Assembly: GCA_000004695.1 (NCBI GenBank)
Contig: CM000153.2
Location: 736,001-800,000 of the forward strand
DNA: 64,000 bases
Reading direction: 5' to 3'
Source: Dictyostelium discoideum
Taxonomy: Eukaryota
In this document: positions 47,197 through 58,402 of the stretch, piece after piece
Layout: the number at the start of each line of letters is the position of its first letter
Numbering within the stretch: position 1 is the stretch's first letter
The notes under the pieces: generated by a model
Told to the model about the DNA's origin: nothing
The model's database searches: none
What the model saw: the letters and a program-made list of their open reading frames with translations, nothing else
Translations under genes and position numbers: made by a program

Positions 47197-47266
47197 GCAT
47201 TTATGAAAAAAAAAAGCGACCCATACAAAAATACACATACACACACAATAAAATAAATATATAAAT
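41400..47266. promoter_or_regulatory. 5.9-kb region devoid of ORFs upstream of the MADS-box gene: candidate complex/multi-promoter regulatory region (may contain non-coding 5' exons or small ncRNA genes)
   Basis: no ORF >110 codons on either strand, dominated by poly(A)/poly(T) tracts with scattered short GC-richer islands (e.g. 42420-42560, 42890-42990, 43420-43520, 43690-43790, 43870-43960, 44050-44100, 44570-44700, 45820-46000, 46540-46740); intergenic spacers elsewhere in the window are 0.1-2 kb. Confidence 0.3.
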
Positions 47267-47614
47267 ATGAAAAAAGATAAAAAAGAAACTAGTAGTAATA
47301 GTAAGAAAGTTGATAGAGTTGCATTTGATGAAGAAGAGATTAGACAAGAGATTGTTAGTATTTTAGATTCAACAGCAATAGAAGTTCACAAAGATTGGCA
47401 AAAGAAATTGGATTATCAAAGATTTAAAAAAGAATATGAAACAGTTGTGGACGATTTACCAAATGTTATAAATATATTTATTAAACTGGAAGAAATTTGG
47501 AACATAAATAAATTTTTAGAAAATCCAACTCATTTCATTAACCTCTTTCAAATTATGTCTTATAGAATAGAACATACAATTATAACTTATGATGTAGAAG
47601 AATTAAAAACAATT
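47267..47614 (+). CDS. hypothetical helical protein exon 1
   Basis: ATG 47267, non-repetitive, acidic/helical; proposed donor ACA ATT + GTAATA at 47615. Confidence 0.55.
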
Positions 47615-47636
47615 GTAATATTAAATATAAATTTAT

Positions 47637-47637
<1 letters not shown>

Positions 47638-47689
<52 letters not shown>

Positions 47690-47690
47690 G
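47638..47690. repeat. (CAT)18 microsatellite
   Basis: perfect run; reads as His18 in ORF 47267-47854 frame but probably intronic. Confidence 0.85.
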
Positions 47691-47726
47691 TATTTATTAA
47701 CTTTCTAACCATACATTCATATATAG

Positions 47727-47951
47727 CATCATGTAAATATGTTTTTAATAGGGACTTTATTGAAATTAATTTGTCAAATTTCGGTACTAGTTGCATATTT
47801 AGATATTACTCAACCAAAATACGAAGAAAACAGTCATACAAAACAATTAATTAGAGTTTTAGTTGAAGGTTTTATGAAATTTGTAAAAAGTTTAACAATC
47901 CAATATAGATCGATTCAATTTCATGATACACATATAATTGCACCACAAAAA
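47727..47951 (+). CDS. hypothetical protein exon 2 (proposed)
   Basis: acceptor CATATATAG (AG 47725-47726); frame of ORF 47739-47978; (CAT)18 run 47638-47690 then falls in the 112-nt intron rather than encoding His18; donor AAA + GTAAAT at 47952. Confidence 0.4.
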
Positions 47952-48028
47952 GTAAATATATTTATTAAACGACAATAATTAAAATTAATATGTAATACTA
48001 ATACCATAAATAATCATTAATACTATAG

Positions 48029-48202
48029 TTAAAAAAGTATCCAATGGTAGAAGATATTAAAACATTATCAGATTCTTATATTCATTCAAATGTATTTGCA
48101 TCCCTATCGGCGATAAAAGAAATTAAACATATTTTATATTGTTTTTATAATTTTTTAAGAATTAATAAAGATAACTGGAAAGAAGTCCATGATTCTCTAT
48201 AA
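48029..48202 (+). CDS. hypothetical protein exon 3 (proposed)
   Basis: acceptor TACTATAG (AG 48027-48028); 57 stop-free codons LKKYPMVEDIKTLSDSYIHSNVFASLSAIKEIKHILYCFYNFLRINKDNWKEVHDSL*. Confidence 0.35.
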   Translation, partial: LKKYPMVEDIKTLSDSYIHSNVFASLSAIKEIKHILYCFYNFLRINKDNWKEVHDSL

Positions 48203-48732
48203 AATTAAATAAATTTTTTTTTTTTGTTAAATATATATATAATTATTTTTGAAACACATATATTTATTATTATATCATAAAAATCAAAAAAAAAAAAAAA
48301 AAAAAAAAAGACATCCAATCTATTTTTGTTTTCTTGTTTTTTGTTTTTTGTTTTTTTGTTGTCGTTTTATTATTTTTATTTTTTTTTATTTGTTTTTTTT
48401 TTTTATAGGACTGTACTGGCTGTGGTAGTGGTAGTAGTAGTTAGAGTAGTGGTGATACTTTCAACTAAAAATAAAAAATTAAATAATTCTTATTCCAATA
48501 TTACAAAAAATAATAATTATAATAATAGTCACCAACAAATTATGGTAGTTAATAATTATATAATTAAGGTTGTTGTTATTTTTGGAATATCCTCACTTTT
48601 GGAAATTGATGCTCTAACAAATAACACTTAACAACAATAATAAGATTGCAATGATAGATTTAAATGATAATATCATTTTTTAATTTTTTTTAAATTATTA
48701 AACTGTCAATAAGTTAAAAGTAAGGTTACAAA

Positions 48733-48775
<43 letters not shown>

Positions 48776-49262
48776 ATTCACACAAATACACAAATACAAA
48801 TATTCGCACTGTTTACCACATTCACACGCTCACACACCCTTCCCTCATATAAAAATAAAGTACAATGTAAAACCGACACATTCTTTCATAAAAAAAGATT
48901 ATTACTAAAAAAAAAAAAATAAGATATATAAATTTGATTTTCTTTTTTTTTTTATTTTTTTAAATCTAAATGAATCATGGCGTTCAAAGAGAGTTGCCTT
49001 AGAATTCATACCCTCTATTATTCAAATTATTTTAAAATAACTTGTGTGGAGAGATTACACAATACCCTAAAAAAGAATTAATTTAGTTGTAATTAAATTT
49101 TTAAATAATTAAAATTAAAATATATTTTTAGACATTATTATTAATTATTTTATTATTATTTTTTATTTTTAAAATAAAAAAAAAAAAAAAAAAAAAAAAA
49201 CTATAAATATAATCAATAATTGTTATTAATTTCAAACAATTATTTATATATTTATAAAAAAA

Positions 49263-49335
49263 ATGATTATCAATAAACTTTGTATCATTTTTATTTTTTT
49301 AACAGCTTTAATATTCCAGGCGCATTCTTTAAGTG
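49263..49335 (+). CDS. secreted Cys-rich modular repeat protein, exon 1 (signal peptide MIINKLCIIFIFLTALIFQAHSLS)
   Basis: ATG 49263; donor G|GTAATT at 49336. Confidence 0.7.
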
Positions 49336-49431
49336 GTAATTATTATTATTATTTTTATTATTATTATTATTATTATTATTTTTATTTATATTATTATTTT
49401 TATTAACATATATTTTTTATTTTTTATATAG

Positions 49432-50088
49432 ATATAGATTGTGAAGCTTTAGATGAAAATTCATGTAAGGGTAATAATGAATGTCTTTATTTACCATTTG
49501 TTGGATGTTGCGGCGAGAGTAAATTCTATTGCGTAAAGAATCAAGGAAACTGTTTTGACAATCGTTTATCTTGTGGTAGAAATATAAATACTGGTAAAAT
49601 TTTCGAATTTTGGTCAGTATGTAAACCACAAAAGGATTTCAAAGATTTTTCACCATCCAATCAAACATGTGACTCTTTAAAATGTGAAGAAAAAGGTTTC
49701 ACTTGTAAATGGATTGAACCAAATTGTTACGGTACATCATGTTGTACTCGTGAACCAAAATGTTTTGATCAAGATGATAACATAGTAGATCCACAAAAAC
49801 AACAAAAACAACAACAATGTGCATGTCAACCAAATAATGGTAATGGTAATAATGGTAACAATGGTAACAATGGTAACAATGGTAACAATGGTAATAATGG
49901 TAACAATGGTAACAATGGTAACAATGGTAACAATGGTAACAATGGTAATAATGGTAATAATGGTAATAATGGTAACAATGGTAATAATGGTAACAATGGT
50001 AATAATGGTAACAATGGTAATAATGGTAACAATGGTAATAATGGTAGCAATGGTAATAATGGTAACAATGGTAACAATAATAACCAAT
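49432..50088 (+). CDS. same gene exon 2: diverged fused A+B Cys modules then (GGT AAC AAT)n Gly/Asn tract
   Basis: acceptor TTTTATATAG (AG 49430-49431; alternative AG 49436-49437 keeps frame); ..DCEALDENSCKGNNECLYLPFVGCCGESKFYCVKNQGNCFDNRLSCG..; donor CAA T + GTAAGT 50089. Confidence 0.7.
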
Positions 50089-50169
50089 GTAAGTGTTTTT
50101 ATTAAATTATAATATTTTAAAATTAGAAAATTATAATTAATAATTATTAAATTTTTTTTTTTTAAAAAG

Positions 50170-50406
50170 TTGATTGTGAAAATGTTGAAAATCAAGATCA
50201 ATGTCAATCAAATTATCCAAAATGTAAATGGTTATCATATCCAGGATGTTGTGGTGACCAAATTTCAAGATGTGTAAATGATCCAAATAATAATTGCTAT
50301 GATAATCAACTCTCATGTGCAACTCATGTTGAAACCAATAAAATATATGAAATCTGGAGTACTTGTAAACCACAAAAAGGATTCAAGCAATATTTCCCAT
50401 CAAATG
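50170..50406 (+). CDS. same gene exon 3: module A copy 1 (DCENVENQDQCQSNYPKCKWLSYPGCCGDQISRCVNDPNNNCYDNQLSCATHVETNKIYEIWSTCKPQKGFKQYFPSN)
   Basis: acceptor AAAAAG 50169; donor AAT G + GTAAGT 50407. Confidence 0.75.
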
Positions 50407-50475
50407 GTAAGTAAAAGAATTTCATTATTCTTTAAATACCCAAATTAAAATTAATTTTTTTTTTTCTTCTAATAG

Positions 50476-50796
50476 TTACATCTTGTTCACAACTTGATTG
50501 TGAAAGTAAAGGTATGGATTGTGCATGGTCAACAGATAATAAATGTTTGAGCACCCATTGCTGTCAAAATACACCAAAGTGTGTTCCAAAGAATGATAAT
50601 AATGGAAACGGAAATAATGTTAATAATAATAATAATAATAATGGAAATAATAATAATAACAATAACGGTAATGGTAACAATAATAATGGTAATAATAACA
50701 ATAATGGTAATGGTAATAACAATGGTAATAATGGTAATAATGGAAATAATAATAATAATAATAATAACCATGGTGGTAATGGAAATAATGGTAACG
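50476..50796 (+). CDS. same gene exon 4: module B copy 1 (TSCSQLDCESKGMDCAWSTDNKCLSTHCCQNTPKCVPKN + N/G tract)
   Basis: acceptor TCTAATAG 50475; donor AAC G + GTAAGT 50797. Confidence 0.75.
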
Positions 50797-50854
50797 GTAA
50801 GTTTTTCTAAAAATTTATTAAAAAAGGGGTAGTGTATATCTTTTATTAATAGTT

Positions 50855-50885
<31 letters not shown>

Positions 50886-50900
50886 TATCTATTTTAATAG

Positions 50901-51137
50901 TTGATTGTGAAAATGTTACAAATCAAGATCAATGTCAATCAAATTATCCAAAATGTAAATGGTTAACATATCCAGGATGTTGTGGTGACCAAATTTCAAG
51001 ATGTGTAAATGATCCAAATAATAATTGCTATGATAATCAACTCTCATGTGCAACTCATGTTGAAACCAATAAAATATATGAAATCTGGAGTACTTGTAAA
51101 CCACAAAAAGGATTCAAACAATATTTCCCACCAAACA
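50901..51137 (+). CDS. same gene exon 5: module A copy 2
   Basis: acceptor TTTTAATAG 50900; near-identical to exon 3; donor AAC A + GTAAGT 51138. Confidence 0.75.
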
Positions 51138-51215
51138 GTAAGTAATAAATTATATTAACCCTTTTAAATAATTTTGTTAATGATTTTATAAATAATATTT
51201 AATTTTTTATTATAG

Positions 51216-51584
51216 TGACTTCATGTTCTCAACTTGATTGTGAAAGTAAAGGTATGGATTGCAAATTATCCCAAGATGATGGTTGTTTAAATACTCATTG
51301 TTGTCAAAAAACATTGAGATGTGTGCCAAAGAATAACGGTAATGGTAACAATGGTAATAATGGTAATGGTAACAATGGTAATAACGGTAATACTGGTAAT
51401 AATGGTAATAACGGTAGCAATGGTAATAATGGTCAATCAACTGGTGGAATGGTTACAACTAGTGGAATGGCTACAACTGGCGGAATGGCTACAAATGGTG
51501 GATCTTCAGTATCATCAAGTGGTAATAATGGTAATAATGGTAACAATGGTAATGGAAATAATGGTAATAACAACAATAACCAAA
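51216..51584 (+). CDS. same gene exon 6: module B copy 2 (+ GN tract and GGMVTTSGMATTGGMATNGG insert)
   Basis: acceptor TTATTATAG 51215; donor CAA A + GTAAGT 51585. Confidence 0.75.
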
Positions 51585-51675
51585 GTAAGTATTTAATTGT
51601 TGATAGTCAATAATTTAAATTAATTTAAATGTTTTAAAAATAATAATAATAAAAATAAAAAATCTATTTTAGTAG

Positions 51676-51912
51676 TTGATTGTGAAAATGTTACAAATCA
51701 AGATCATTGTCAATTAAATTATCCAAAATGTAAATGGTTAACATATCCAGGATGTTGTGGTGACCAAATTTCAAGATGTGTAAATGATCCAAATAATAAT
51801 TGTTATGATAATCAACTCTCATGTGCAACTCATGTTGAAACCAATAAAATATATGAAATCTGGAGTACTTGTAAACCACAAAAAGGATTCAAGCAATATT
51901 TCCCACCAAACA
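51676..51912 (+). CDS. same gene exon 7: module A copy 3
   Basis: acceptor TTTTAGTAG (AG 51674-51675; alternative AG 51671-51672 also in frame); donor AAC A + GTAAGT 51913. Confidence 0.7.
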
Positions 51913-51989
51913 GTAAGTAAAAAAATTATATTAACCATCTTAAATAATATTGTTAATGATTTTATTAATAATATTTAATTTTATTATAG

Positions 51990-54130
51990 TTACATCATGT
52001 TCTCAACTTGATTGTGAAAGTAAAGGTATGGATTGCAAATTATCCCAAGATGATGGTTGTTTAAATACTCATTGTTGTCAAAAAACATTGAGATGTGTGC
52101 CAAAGAATAACGGTAATGGTAATAATGGCAATGGTAATACTGGTAATAATGGTAATACTGGTAATAATGGTAATACTGGTAATAATGGTAATACTGGTAA
52201 TACTGGTAATAATGGTAATACTGGTAATAATGGTAATACTGGTAATAACGGTAATACTGGTAATACTGGTAATACTGGTAATGGTAATAATGGTAATACA
52301 GGCAACAATGGTAATACTGGTAATGGTAATACCGGTAATACTGGCAACAATGGAAATGGAGGAAGCACAAGTTCGCCAGAACCAGCATTAGCAACAATTA
52401 CAATTGCAACAGGTGGCAATAACCATCAATCTACAGGTGGAACAGGTACAATAGGTGGATCTGCTTCAACATCAACATCATCAGGCGGTAATACCGGACA
52501 TAATGGTAATACTGGTAATAATGGTAATACAGGCAATAATGGAAACGGAGGCAGCACAAGTTCACCAGAACCAGCATTGGCAACAATTACAATTGCAACT
52601 GGCGGTAATAACCATCAATCTACAAGTGGAGCAGGTACAACTGGTGGATCTGCTTCAACATCAACCTCATCAGGCGGTAATAATGGTAATAATGGAAATG
52701 GAGGCAGCACAAGCTCACCAACCCCAGCATTAGCAACAATTACAATTGCAACTAGCGGTAATAACCATCAATCTACAGGTGGGGCTGGTACAACTGGTGG
52801 ATCTGCTTCTACATCAACAGCATCAAGTGGTAATGGTAATAATGGAAATGGAAACAATGGTAGCACCGGACATAATGGTACTAATGGAAACGGAGGCAGC
52901 ACAAGTTCACCTACCCCAGCATTAGCAACAATCACAATCGCAACTAGTGGTAATAACCATCAATCTACAGGTGGAACAGGTACAACTGGTGGATCTGCTT
53001 CAACATCAACATCAAGTGGTAATACCGGAAATGGAAACAATGGTAATAATGGTAATACTGGCAATAATGGTAATAATGGAAATGGAGGCAGCACAAGTTC
53101 ACCAGAACCAGCATTAGCAACAATTACAATTGCAACTAGTGGTAATAACCATCAATCTACAGGTGGAACAGGTACAACAGGTGGATCAGCTTCAACATCA
53201 ACATCAAATGGTAATAATGGAAATGGAAACAATGGTAATACCGGTAATAATGGTAATACCAGTAATAATGGTAATACCGGTAATAATGGAAATGGAGGTA
53301 GCACAAGTTCACCAGAGCCAGCATTAGCAACAATTACAATTGCAACTAGTGGTAATAACCATCAATCTACAGGTGGAACAGGTACAACTGGTGGATCTGC
53401 TTCAATATCCTCTTCATCTTCAGGTTCCTCATCTTCAGGTTCTTCAACTTCAGGTTCTTCATCTTCAGGTTCTTCAACTTCAGGTTCTTCAACTTCAGGT
53501 TCTTCAACTTCAGGTTCTTCAACTTCAGGTTCTTCCTCATCAAATAATGGTGGAAGTGGTACTGGAGATAATGAACCAAAATTTGCCTCAATTACAATTT
53601 TAACTAGTGGACATCATACTAGTGGGTCAAGTACAACTGGTGGATCAGCCACATCTTCAACAACCACATCTTCAACATCACATAGTAATACTGGATCAGT
53701 ACATGGAAATAAACGTAGTGCATATGGTGCAGGTTGGGGATCAGGTCCAAACTTTTCAGCAACCAATGTAGATAACGTTATGGAAATGCAAAATGGTGGA
53801 AATGAAGTAAATGAAAACAATGAATACTTTGAAGCACAAAATGGACAAACCAATGAAAACAATCAAAATTATAATCAAAACAATGAGAATTACAACACAA
53901 ACAGAGATTGGTTATCACAACAACAAGGTTATTGGTATACTAGATCCTCACCAGACGGTTCATTAGAAATTCATATTCCAGAAAACTATAATGACTATGA
54001 AAGACAAATATTTGACCAATCTGGTAGTATAGGTCGTTCTCGTGAGAATTCTTATGATGATACCCCTAAAAATCCATATAGTGGTCCATATGGTGATAAC
54101 TCTTCTCAATCTAAAGCAACCACAAATTAA
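51990..54130 (+). CDS. same gene exon 8: module B copy 3, long (GNNGNT)n tract, six ~60-aa perfect repeats (GGSTSSPEPALATITIATSGNNHQSTGGTGTTGGSASTSTSS..), (SSGS)n tract and unique Tyr/Asn-rich C-terminus
   Basis: acceptor TTATTATAG 51989; ORF open to TAA 54128-54130; sum of the 8 exons = 4272 nt = 1424 codons exactly, which supports the phase assignments. Confidence 0.75.
52360..53400 (+). repeat. six tandem ~190-bp (60-63 codon) near-perfect coding repeats
   Basis: repeated GGSTSSPEPALATITIATSGNNHQSTGGTGTTGGSASTSTSSG units; antisense and out-of-frame ORFs in this interval are artefacts. Confidence 0.85.
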
Positions 54131-54763
54131 TTAAATTAATCTATTCTCTCTGCATTTTCCTAATTTAATATTTTAATCTATTATTTTATTATTTTAATAA
54201 TTAATATTTATTTTTATATTTATATATACAAAAAACAATAATAAATATTTATTTTTTCATTTATTTAAATTAAAATTTTTTATTTTTATTTTTATTTTTA
54301 TTTATTTTTTCCTTTATATTATTTATTTCGATGAAGAAATAAAGAGGTTGACTTGAAAAAAAAAAAAAAAAAATTGATCAGATTTTTTTGATAATCAACT
54401 GAATATTATAAAAGTTGCCATTTTATAATACATTTCTTCATTTTATTAATAAAATCATACTTTTAATATGAAATTACATCTAAACTCTTTTTTTATATTG
54501 GAAAAAAAAAAGTTCTGATGAAATAATAAATGGAAAATGTCTTTAAATGGTTTTATAAATTCTTTTAGTCATAAGTATCTGTATATTTTTAATCATCATT
54601 TCAATTTTAATTTTTTTTTCTTTATAACCAATAAATAAATATAAAGATATAAAAAAAAAAATTAAAAAAAAGTGAAGATTTGTTAAAACAGGAAATTTAA
54701 TTTTTATTTACCTTTTTATTTTAAAAAATTAAGATAGAAGAAACCACATCAATTTAAATGAGT

Positions 54764-54841
<78 letters not shown>

Positions 54842-55055
54842 CAAGCGAGCAACTCAATTTTTTTTTTTTAAAATTTATTTTTAATTTACCCACTGTCACT
54901 TCATTTTTTATTTGTATTTTTAATAATAATAATAATAATATAAATATATAAAAACATATATTTTTAAACCAATAATAGTTATAATAATAACAACAACAAT
55001 AACAATAAACAATAGACAATAATAATAAAAAAAAAATAATAAATAAAAATAATAA

Positions 55056-55436
<381 letters not shown>

Positions 55437-55462
55437 TAATAATTTATTAAATAAATACACAG

Positions 55463-55644
55463 AGTGGTAAAATTCAGTTCGGATATATTTATGGATTAGG
55501 TTTAATTGGATGTGTATCAATGTATATTGTATTAAATTTAATGAGTGAAAAAGGAATTGATATTTATAGAGTAATCAGTGTTTTAGGTTACTGTCTTTTA
55601 CCAATGATTTTCTTATCATTTACTTCTTTAATTATTAATATAAA
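55463..55644 (+). CDS. Yip1-domain protein exon 2
   Basis: acceptor ACACAG 55462; [60 protein letters not shown]; donor AA + GTATGT 55645. Confidence 0.85.
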
Positions 55645-55748
55645 GTATGTATAGAAATTAAAATAATATATTTACTTTATATTATTAAAAAAAAAGTAAT
55701 TTCACTTATACTAATAAAACTTTTTTTTTTTTTTTATTATTTCATTAG

Positions 55749-55911
55749 TGGTATGGTTGGATACATATTAATTGGTTTTGCAATTGTTTGGAGTACATAT
55801 TCAGCATCAAAAATGTTTGTCAAAGTTTTATCAATGATTGATCAAAGAATATTAGTAGCATATCCAGTTGGTTTATTATATACTGGTTTTGCTCTCATTA
55901 CTGCTTTTTAA
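55749..55911 (+). CDS. Yip1-domain protein exon 3
   Basis: acceptor TTCATTAG 55748; NGMVGYILIGFAIVWSTYSASKMFVKVLSMIDQRILVAYPVGLLYTGFALITAF*; total 639 nt = 213 codons. Confidence 0.85.
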
Positions 55912-56073
55912 AATAAAAATAAATAAACAAAAAAAAATTTATAAATCAATATATTTTTACAAAGTGTTTAATTACTTTTTTTATTTATTTATTTTATTAA
56001 GTAAATATTTTAAATCGATATATTGGCAGAGTATTATTTATTTATTTATTTGTTTGTTTGTTATTGTTATTTA

Positions 56074-56605
56074 TTATCTTTTCTCTTTTTTATGTGAAGA
56101 TCTACCTCTGTCTCTATCATCTCTTCTATCACCTCTATCACTACCACGATCTCTATCTCTGCTATCTCTGCTATCTCTACCACTACCACCTCCACTACTA
56201 CTACCACCACTACCACCTCCACTACCACTACCACTTCCACTACCAGTACCATAACGATCTTCATCATCTAAATTATCAATATAAGATCGTCTTTTCTTTG
56301 AAGATGATTGATCATTTGATGGTTTCTTTGGTGAAAGAACTAATTCACCCTCTTCATTGCCATCCTCTTCTTCATCTAGTGCATTTTGAACTAAAAATTC
56401 AATATAGTCTTTAAATATTCTTAAACGTTCTTGGTCATCACCTAAATCTATATACTCTTTCTTTGATTCAATAATTGGTTGAATATCTGACCATTGTGAT
56501 GATTTATTTATTACTTTAGTTTCTGTTAATAATATTTTAAATTGTGAAATTCTTTTCTTCTTTTTCTTTGCTAAATTCTTTTCTCTACTTTCTTCTTTAT
56601 ATTTT

Positions 56606-56607
<2 letters not shown>
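56074..56607 (-). CDS. PRP40-like exon 3 (last FF domain, acidic linker, GS and RD/RS-like C-terminal tail)
   Basis: acceptor poly(A)AG (56609-56608); ..SQWSDIQPIIESKKEYIDLGDDQERLRIFKDYIEFL..GSGSGSGSGG..RDSRDSRDRDRGSDRGDRRDDRDRGRSSHKKEKR*; total 682 codons. Confidence 0.7.
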
Positions 56608-56645
<38 letters not shown>

Positions 56646-56699
56646 AATATAAACATATTATTATTATTTATTTATTAATAATTATTATAATATACATAC

Positions 56700-57029
56700 A
56701 TATTCTAAATATGGTAAGAAATTAAATTCTTGAATTAAATTATAATTTGAATGTTTTGAAAATTCAGATTTTAAAGATTCTAAAGTTGTAGATTCAGGTG
56801 AATATTTAAAATTTGTTTCTTTTAATATCTCTTTTAATTTTTTATAATCATTTTCATATTTTATCTCTAATTCATCCTTAAAATCTGAAAATAATTCTAA
56901 AGGTGTTGAACCAATTGATTTTTGACTTAAATTAATAAATGATTGATGATTTTCATTATTTAATTTAAATATTTTCCATTTTGTTAATGCATGTAATTCA
57001 CCATTTTTAAATTTTTCATTTAATAATTC
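56700..57029 (-). CDS. PRP40-like exon 2 (FF domain)
   Basis: acceptor TTATTTTAG (57031-57030); ELLNEKFKNGELHALTKWKIFKL...FNFLPYLEY + GTATGT donor 56699. Confidence 0.7.
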
Positions 57030-57130
57030 CTAAAATAAAAATAATGAAAAAAAAAAAAAAAAAAAAATATTATATTAATATTATTATAAAAAAAAAAAAA
57101 AAATAAAAAAATAAAAAAATATATTTTTAC

Positions 57131-57787
57131 TCTAAAATTATCTCTATCTTTTCTTGAATCTTTTTTTAATTTTTCTTTTTCTAATCTTTTTTGATCATCT
57201 AATTTCTTTTCTAAATCACGTATGAAATTTTCAAATACTGTTAAGAAATCGAATTTATCAAGTACTTGAAAGACATCATCATTTTCGAATTGATCTCTAA
57301 CTTTACGCCATTGAGTGAAAACGGTTATCGAAGGATCCAATTCTAATTTTTGACGTAAAATTTTCATTTGTTCTTTTTTAATTGACATTAATTGATTCTT
57401 TTCTTGTTGTTCCAATTCTTGAATATGGTCATGTAATAATGATTCACGTTCACGTTCACTCTCTATTGCTTCCCAACGTGGTTCCGATTCGAAATAGAGT
57501 GATGCTCTTCTCCATGACATTAGTGGTGTTACCTCTTTACTGTCACGTAATAGTTGAATGAAATCCTCTTTGGCTTTCTTTTCTTTCTTTCTCTTTTCTT
57601 CTTGTTCAACTTTTTTTCTATCAACTTGGTAATCTAAAAATACTTGTTTTCGTTCACTCATTGTCTTTAAAACTTGATATCTCTCATCATTTGCAATTGA
57701 TTTAAGTGCTTTCTCAAATGTACATATTGAACTAATTGAATTATCTGTTAATAAATTTTTAAATGTTTGAATTGGATCTTCTTTATT

Positions 57788-57825
<38 letters not shown>

Positions 57826-58312
57826 GCTGCTGCTGCTGTTGTGTATCTAAATTATTTGTATTTATATTAGAATCTTTAGATTCTTTTAAATCTTTATTAT
57901 TATTATTATTATTACTATTATTATTGCTATTTACTTGTTGTGGTTGTTGTGGTGTTGCTGAGGTTGTAATTGGTTGTATTGGAGTTGTAATTGTTGTTGA
58001 ACCACTAGATGATAGTTGTGGTGATGATGTTGATGTTGATGTTGTTGTTGAAGCTAATTTTTGTTGAAATTCAGGTGGTGCATCCCATTGTCTTACACCT
58101 GAGATTGTATTATAATAATATTTTTGACCTTTATCTGTTTTATATTCTTTCCAATCACCAATGATAACTGGTTGATTATTTGAATTTGAATCATTAGATG
58201 ATGGTGCTGGTGATTTTAAATCTTCTGGTATTTCCCAAACACTGACTCTTGTAACTTTATGATAATAAAACTTTTTACCATCTGCAATCGCTTCTACCCA
58301 ATCACTTGACAT
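57131..58312 (-). CDS. PRP40/FBP11-like pre-mRNA processing factor exon 1: two WW domains, poly-Gln, first FF domains
   Basis: ATG 58312; WW motifs DWVEAIADGKKFYYHKVTRVSVWEIP and DWKEYKTDKGQKYYYNTISGVRQWDAP; FF-like helices; ends ..RDNFR + GTAAAA donor 57130. Confidence 0.8.
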
Positions 58313-58344
58313 TTTTTAAATTATATGTTGAATTATTATTATTA

Positions 58345-58402
<58 letters not shown>

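Larger units (their letters stand above)
50170..52100 (+). repeat. three tandem ~730-780-bp cassettes, each = [module-A exon / ~70-nt intron / module-B exon / ~80-105-nt intron]; introns as well as exons nearly identical between copies
   Basis: compare 50170-50406 vs 50901-51137 vs 51676-51912 (exons) and the GTAAGTAA(A/T)AAATTATATTAACC..TTGTTAATGATTTTAT(A/T)AATAATATTTAATTTT(T)ATTATAG introns at 51138-51215 and 51913-51989. Confidence 0.85.

Noticed and set aside
50137-51879. Short minus-strand ORFs MVYKYSRFHIFYWFQHELHMRVDYH.. repeated three times (50137-50373, 50916-51104, 51691-51879)
   Set aside because: Antisense of the three module-A exon copies. Their recurrence simply mirrors the cassette duplication.
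49819-53603. ORFs 49826-50077, 49737-50207, 50529-50771, 51210-51440, 51990-52419 (minus), 49819-50112, 50581-50832, 51321-51596, 52095-53603 (plus, MV/IMV-rich or LPLLP-rich)
   Set aside because: Alternative-frame or antisense readings of (GGTAACAAT)n and related Gly/Asn repeats within the Cys-rich gene.
55868-56414. ORF 55868-56254 (plus, TTG start) and Tyr/His-rich ORF 56058-56414 (plus) after the Yip1 stop
   Set aside because: Read-through beyond the Yip1 TAA into the antisense of the PRP40-like RS/RD tail. The apparent Yip1 frameshift at 55860 was a transcription slip on my part: the sequence reads GCA TAT CCA and the conserved C-terminus ..AYPVGLLYTGFALITAF* is intact.
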